From Raillietiella orientalis (taxonomy: Eukaryota), in NCBI GenBank assembly GCA_036172245.1, contig JAYWIR010000019.1, positions 3,472,001 to 3,536,000 on the forward strand: 64,000 nucleotides of DNA, written 5' to 3'. Below are positions 60,489-64,000 of this stretch, piece by piece. Both the position numbers and the translations under genes were made by a program. The number at the start of each line of letters is the position of its first letter. The first letter of the stretch is position 1. The notes beneath the pieces were generated by a model. That model was not told the origin of the DNA, made no database searches, and worked only from the letters and a program-made list of their open reading frames with translations.

Positions 60489-63400
60489 GAGATATCGTCA
60501 TGCTTTTGTGATAATTGAGGGCTGAAAACCACCCGAAACGCTCACTGAAGTTTTCAAACAGTCTTCTCCGTTGAGGAAGCACGCTGCATCGATAAGAGTT
60601 GGTTTCGTGAGAGATCCAGAATTCCGTTGCGGGAAACTCCCACTTCTCAAGCAACCCCATTTTTCTGTAAGCTGAATTCGAAGGGAGAAGAAAAAAAAAA
60701 AAGGGTCCTCCAAGAGTCGATAGTTTTGGATCTTCTGGAAGGAATCTTCTGGAATCCCATCCCTCCCCCTGCTAAATCATAATTCTTCAGAGACGCAATT
60801 TTCGGAATTTTTGTCGTCGTTATACGAACGAAAATAAGGATTCTTTTTAGGACCAGAAACTGCTTTTCTTTTCTTTTTTTTAATGTCATGCACGGAGAGG
60901 AAGAATATTTGCTAGGCATCCGTATTAGCTGGCAAATGCATGCAAACAAAGTCTCCCAGATGCTAGCAGCTGAGCGTTTGCTCCAGCTGCAAAGACAAAT
61001 GAGGTATTTTAACATGTGGAATCATTCTGAAGGAACTGGTACGAAGCTTCATCTCTGTTCTCAGGTTGAATTTTTGCATTCGTGTGGATGCACAGGGAAA
61101 GACCATTCTTAACAATCTGAGCATTCCATACACGTGAATGAATCCGTTGCTTTGGATCAGTCAGGGGATTCCTTCCTACTCAAAGCGCCCGTTGCCTTCC
61201 GCTTCCTTCTTGATAGAAGAATTTCTTTCTTGTGGATTCGAACGAAAGACTTCGGAGAGCAATCCAGAGTGGCTCCGTCTTCTGGTCAAAAGGGTTCCTT
61301 TCTTAGGTCGTCTTTGGCGTCCGACTTCGACTCTGCCTGCCTCTAGCCGGTTAAAAGAAAAGCTGAATCCTTCACGAAAGCGCTCATGGGGGTGAGATTC
61401 ATACTTTCGCCGCTCACGCGCTTGAAGAGAAGTAACTCGCAACAGGAGCTTCCAGAACCAAGCAACGAGGAGCCCCATTAATTGCCTTTTGCCTTCCCTT
61501 GGGACTTTTTTATTCATCGGCACGTAATCTCATTCCGTTTTAACCTTCGACTCATCTTTGGCATGGTTCTGGAATTTCGCTCTCCATCCTCAGGAGTCAC
61601 CAAGCCAGAAACCACAGGAATGTAAAGACTGAAATTACTGTAAATCTGGTCGTCATCGCAATGCAGGAAACTGAAAGCTGTGCAGAGCGTCTTAGAGTCT
61701 GGAGTTACTTGATTCGAATCTCTCTGACAGTCGTCGGACGGACGCCGTGGACGAGAAAATTCCGGACAAGAGATTGAAAGTTTTCAAGGTCCGCCAGTCC
61801 ACCGTTTCCTGATGCGCACTTCGATAGGATGAAAGATGGAATCCTCTCGCGTTGTGATCTCATTGCACAAGGTTCTGTGATTTGGCTGCGCCAGGCTCCT
61901 TTTCAGTCTCTAATTCTGAAAAGGAAACTGAGTCCATCATTAAACGGATGCAGAATGTAAGCGAGAACGAAATTATGGTTGTTAATAAATAATAAATGCA
62001 CTTTAGACTTCATCTGAATACAGCGCTGTTTCTAATCAAGCCGTTTCTTCGTGACTATTCCAGATGAATTTCATGCAGCACTTCTCCCCAAAATGAAAAA
62101 GGTAGGAACCCATGCATAAAACACATGGGTTTCTATGAATTTCCAAGATGAACTTCATAAGTAATTTATTCTTCGAAAGCGTAAGAAGATTAAAGTATTA
62201 GTGATAGTATGATTTCATTCCTCAAACCATTCCATAAACCATCCCAAAGATAGAAGACGAATTTTATCCCCGAAGTTGAAAAGCACTTCTTGAGGATTGG
62301 TTCGTATCCTAGGCAAAGGAGTTACTTTTATCATTACCTACATGATTCCCTTCTTCCATTTGAAAAAGAGGTGCAAACTTGCATTAGCTGTTCTGCTCCC
62401 TTGAAAAAACGTTCTCTGCATCTCTGCTAAATGAATCCCATGTTTAATTTCACATCTCTGACTAGTATGCAGCCCAGGCTGTAAACTGCATAAAACAACC
62501 AACTTGTTAAGAACAGTATACTTGTAGGTATTTCCTGCTTTCTTTAGAGGACCAAGAGCGTCCTGCCATTCTCTCCGAAGCGAAAAAGTCAGCCAGAGTT
62601 GACGAAGACAATCCATAACTAATGGCTCTGAATGTTATGGCAGCAAAAGTTACTCGAATGCAAGTGCGTGTCAAAGGCTACTATTTCTACTGAAGGTATT
62701 TGTCTGATCTTTAGGTCCATAACGCTGTACTTGTGGTTTTAGAGGAAACAGAGGAGTTCTTCAGAGGCTTAGAAGGAGATGGAATCCCACATGGCCTGGA
62801 GATTTTGGCAGGAGTTTATTAGGTTTCTTCAGCTCCCCCTGGGCATCTATGAGGAAGCAAAGAGTGGCTTCATTCGATCATATGAGGTGCAGCCGACGTG
62901 ACGAAAGATTTGGTACCTGGTTGGAAAGATTGTCACATGGATCGATAACCCCCATTGTCTTTCTTTTCTTAGTTGCACTTTTTGGATTCGATTGTGAGAG
63001 GAATTCTTCAGAGACAGGTCGAGAATGTCAAAGTGCGATCTTTGCTGAATGTGAAGCTTTTAACCTCACTTCAAAGTGGCATAACGAATTTTCTTAATAA
63101 ATTCGTCTCTCAACTGTGAACAGCAGCTAACGCTGTTTTTTTTCTTTTTCTCAAGTGGAAGTTTTCCTCTCGCGGCTGGAAGAACTAGATTTACGCATCA
63201 GAAACCTCTTGTGCAAAGACGACCTCATTTTCTGAGGTGGACCGTGACTTTGAATGACCTCATCTGTGCTCAAGAGAGTGGCACCTCGTGATTCGAGAAA
63301 GTGCTTTTTAAAAAGCACAAGGAATAGCAGGGACACAAGGGAGCGATTGGTTTAGGTATTGGTCCATGAGGGAAAGTGCATGACAGTGATATGATATACA

Positions 63401-64000
63401 TTCGGTTGCCTTTCGGTTGCAAATGCATAGAAGCACATTGAAAGAATTCACGTGAACTAAAAAACCTTAATGAACGAGCATGGTACTGATAATAAGGTTA
63501 TAAAAGAAGAAAAATGAATACTTCTCTTGAGGACTGAAGAACAGTGAGGGAGGGCAGCTATCACTTCATTGAGGTTGCAGGATCGATGGCAGTTTGGGTC
63601 TGACTTTCAAAGAAATCAGTGATGATTTCTTGTCTTTTCCTCAGCATCCTCTTTTCTGCTAAATGAGAATATTCTTCAGCTGTTATTCCAGATACATGCT
63701 TCTCGGCATCCAGGAAGGATTCACTTTGGAATCTTCTTGAAGAGTCCAAACATCGAGGGAGTTCACCAGATTTTTTTGATATGATAGATTTTTTTGAGCA
63801 TGCACACCTTTCTCGTACTATCAGTGCACTCAGTCAGCCTACTCTCACGAATGGCAAGATGGTGGAGTTGGTAATGTGGAAGGGCAGTCTACTGGTGTTT
63901 ATCAGTTCTTTTAGCCTCCAGGCTCTCTGTTTTGATAGTTGCTGACCATTGGCAAACTCCCTTGCATCTTCCTGCCAAAGGGAAACTGCTGGATTCATTT

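Noticed and set aside
62338..64000. Possible minus-strand gene exons (kinase-like 'YSLGCIL')
   Set aside because: Single short motif, interrupted frames and no consistent exon chain.

Overview
Eukaryotic (metazoan-type) repeat-rich DNA with no intact protein-coding gene that I can support. It is dominated by decayed non-LTR retrotransposons: about ten copies or fragments of an L1/Tx1-clade family, several with target-site duplications (TSDs), plus a tRNA-headed SINE-like dispersed repeat, a 41-bp minisatellite, AT-rich MITE-like elements, a U6 snRNA pseudogene and two 28S rRNA remnants. Two patterns stand out. (1) Tx1-like copies sit at the same nucleotide of the SINE-like repeat at three loci, and a second subfamily repeatedly hits a TCGAC motif. 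(2) An ~11-kb block (45336-56550) splits one SINE copy and joins an intronless SF1/BBP retrocopy, a 28S rRNA piece, an antisense NeSL/Utopia-like fragment and a Tx1 ORF2; this looks like a single multi-template-switch retroposition that was later hit twice at one 12-bp site. All alignments were done by eye and no database searches were run. Boundaries without a TSD are approximate.
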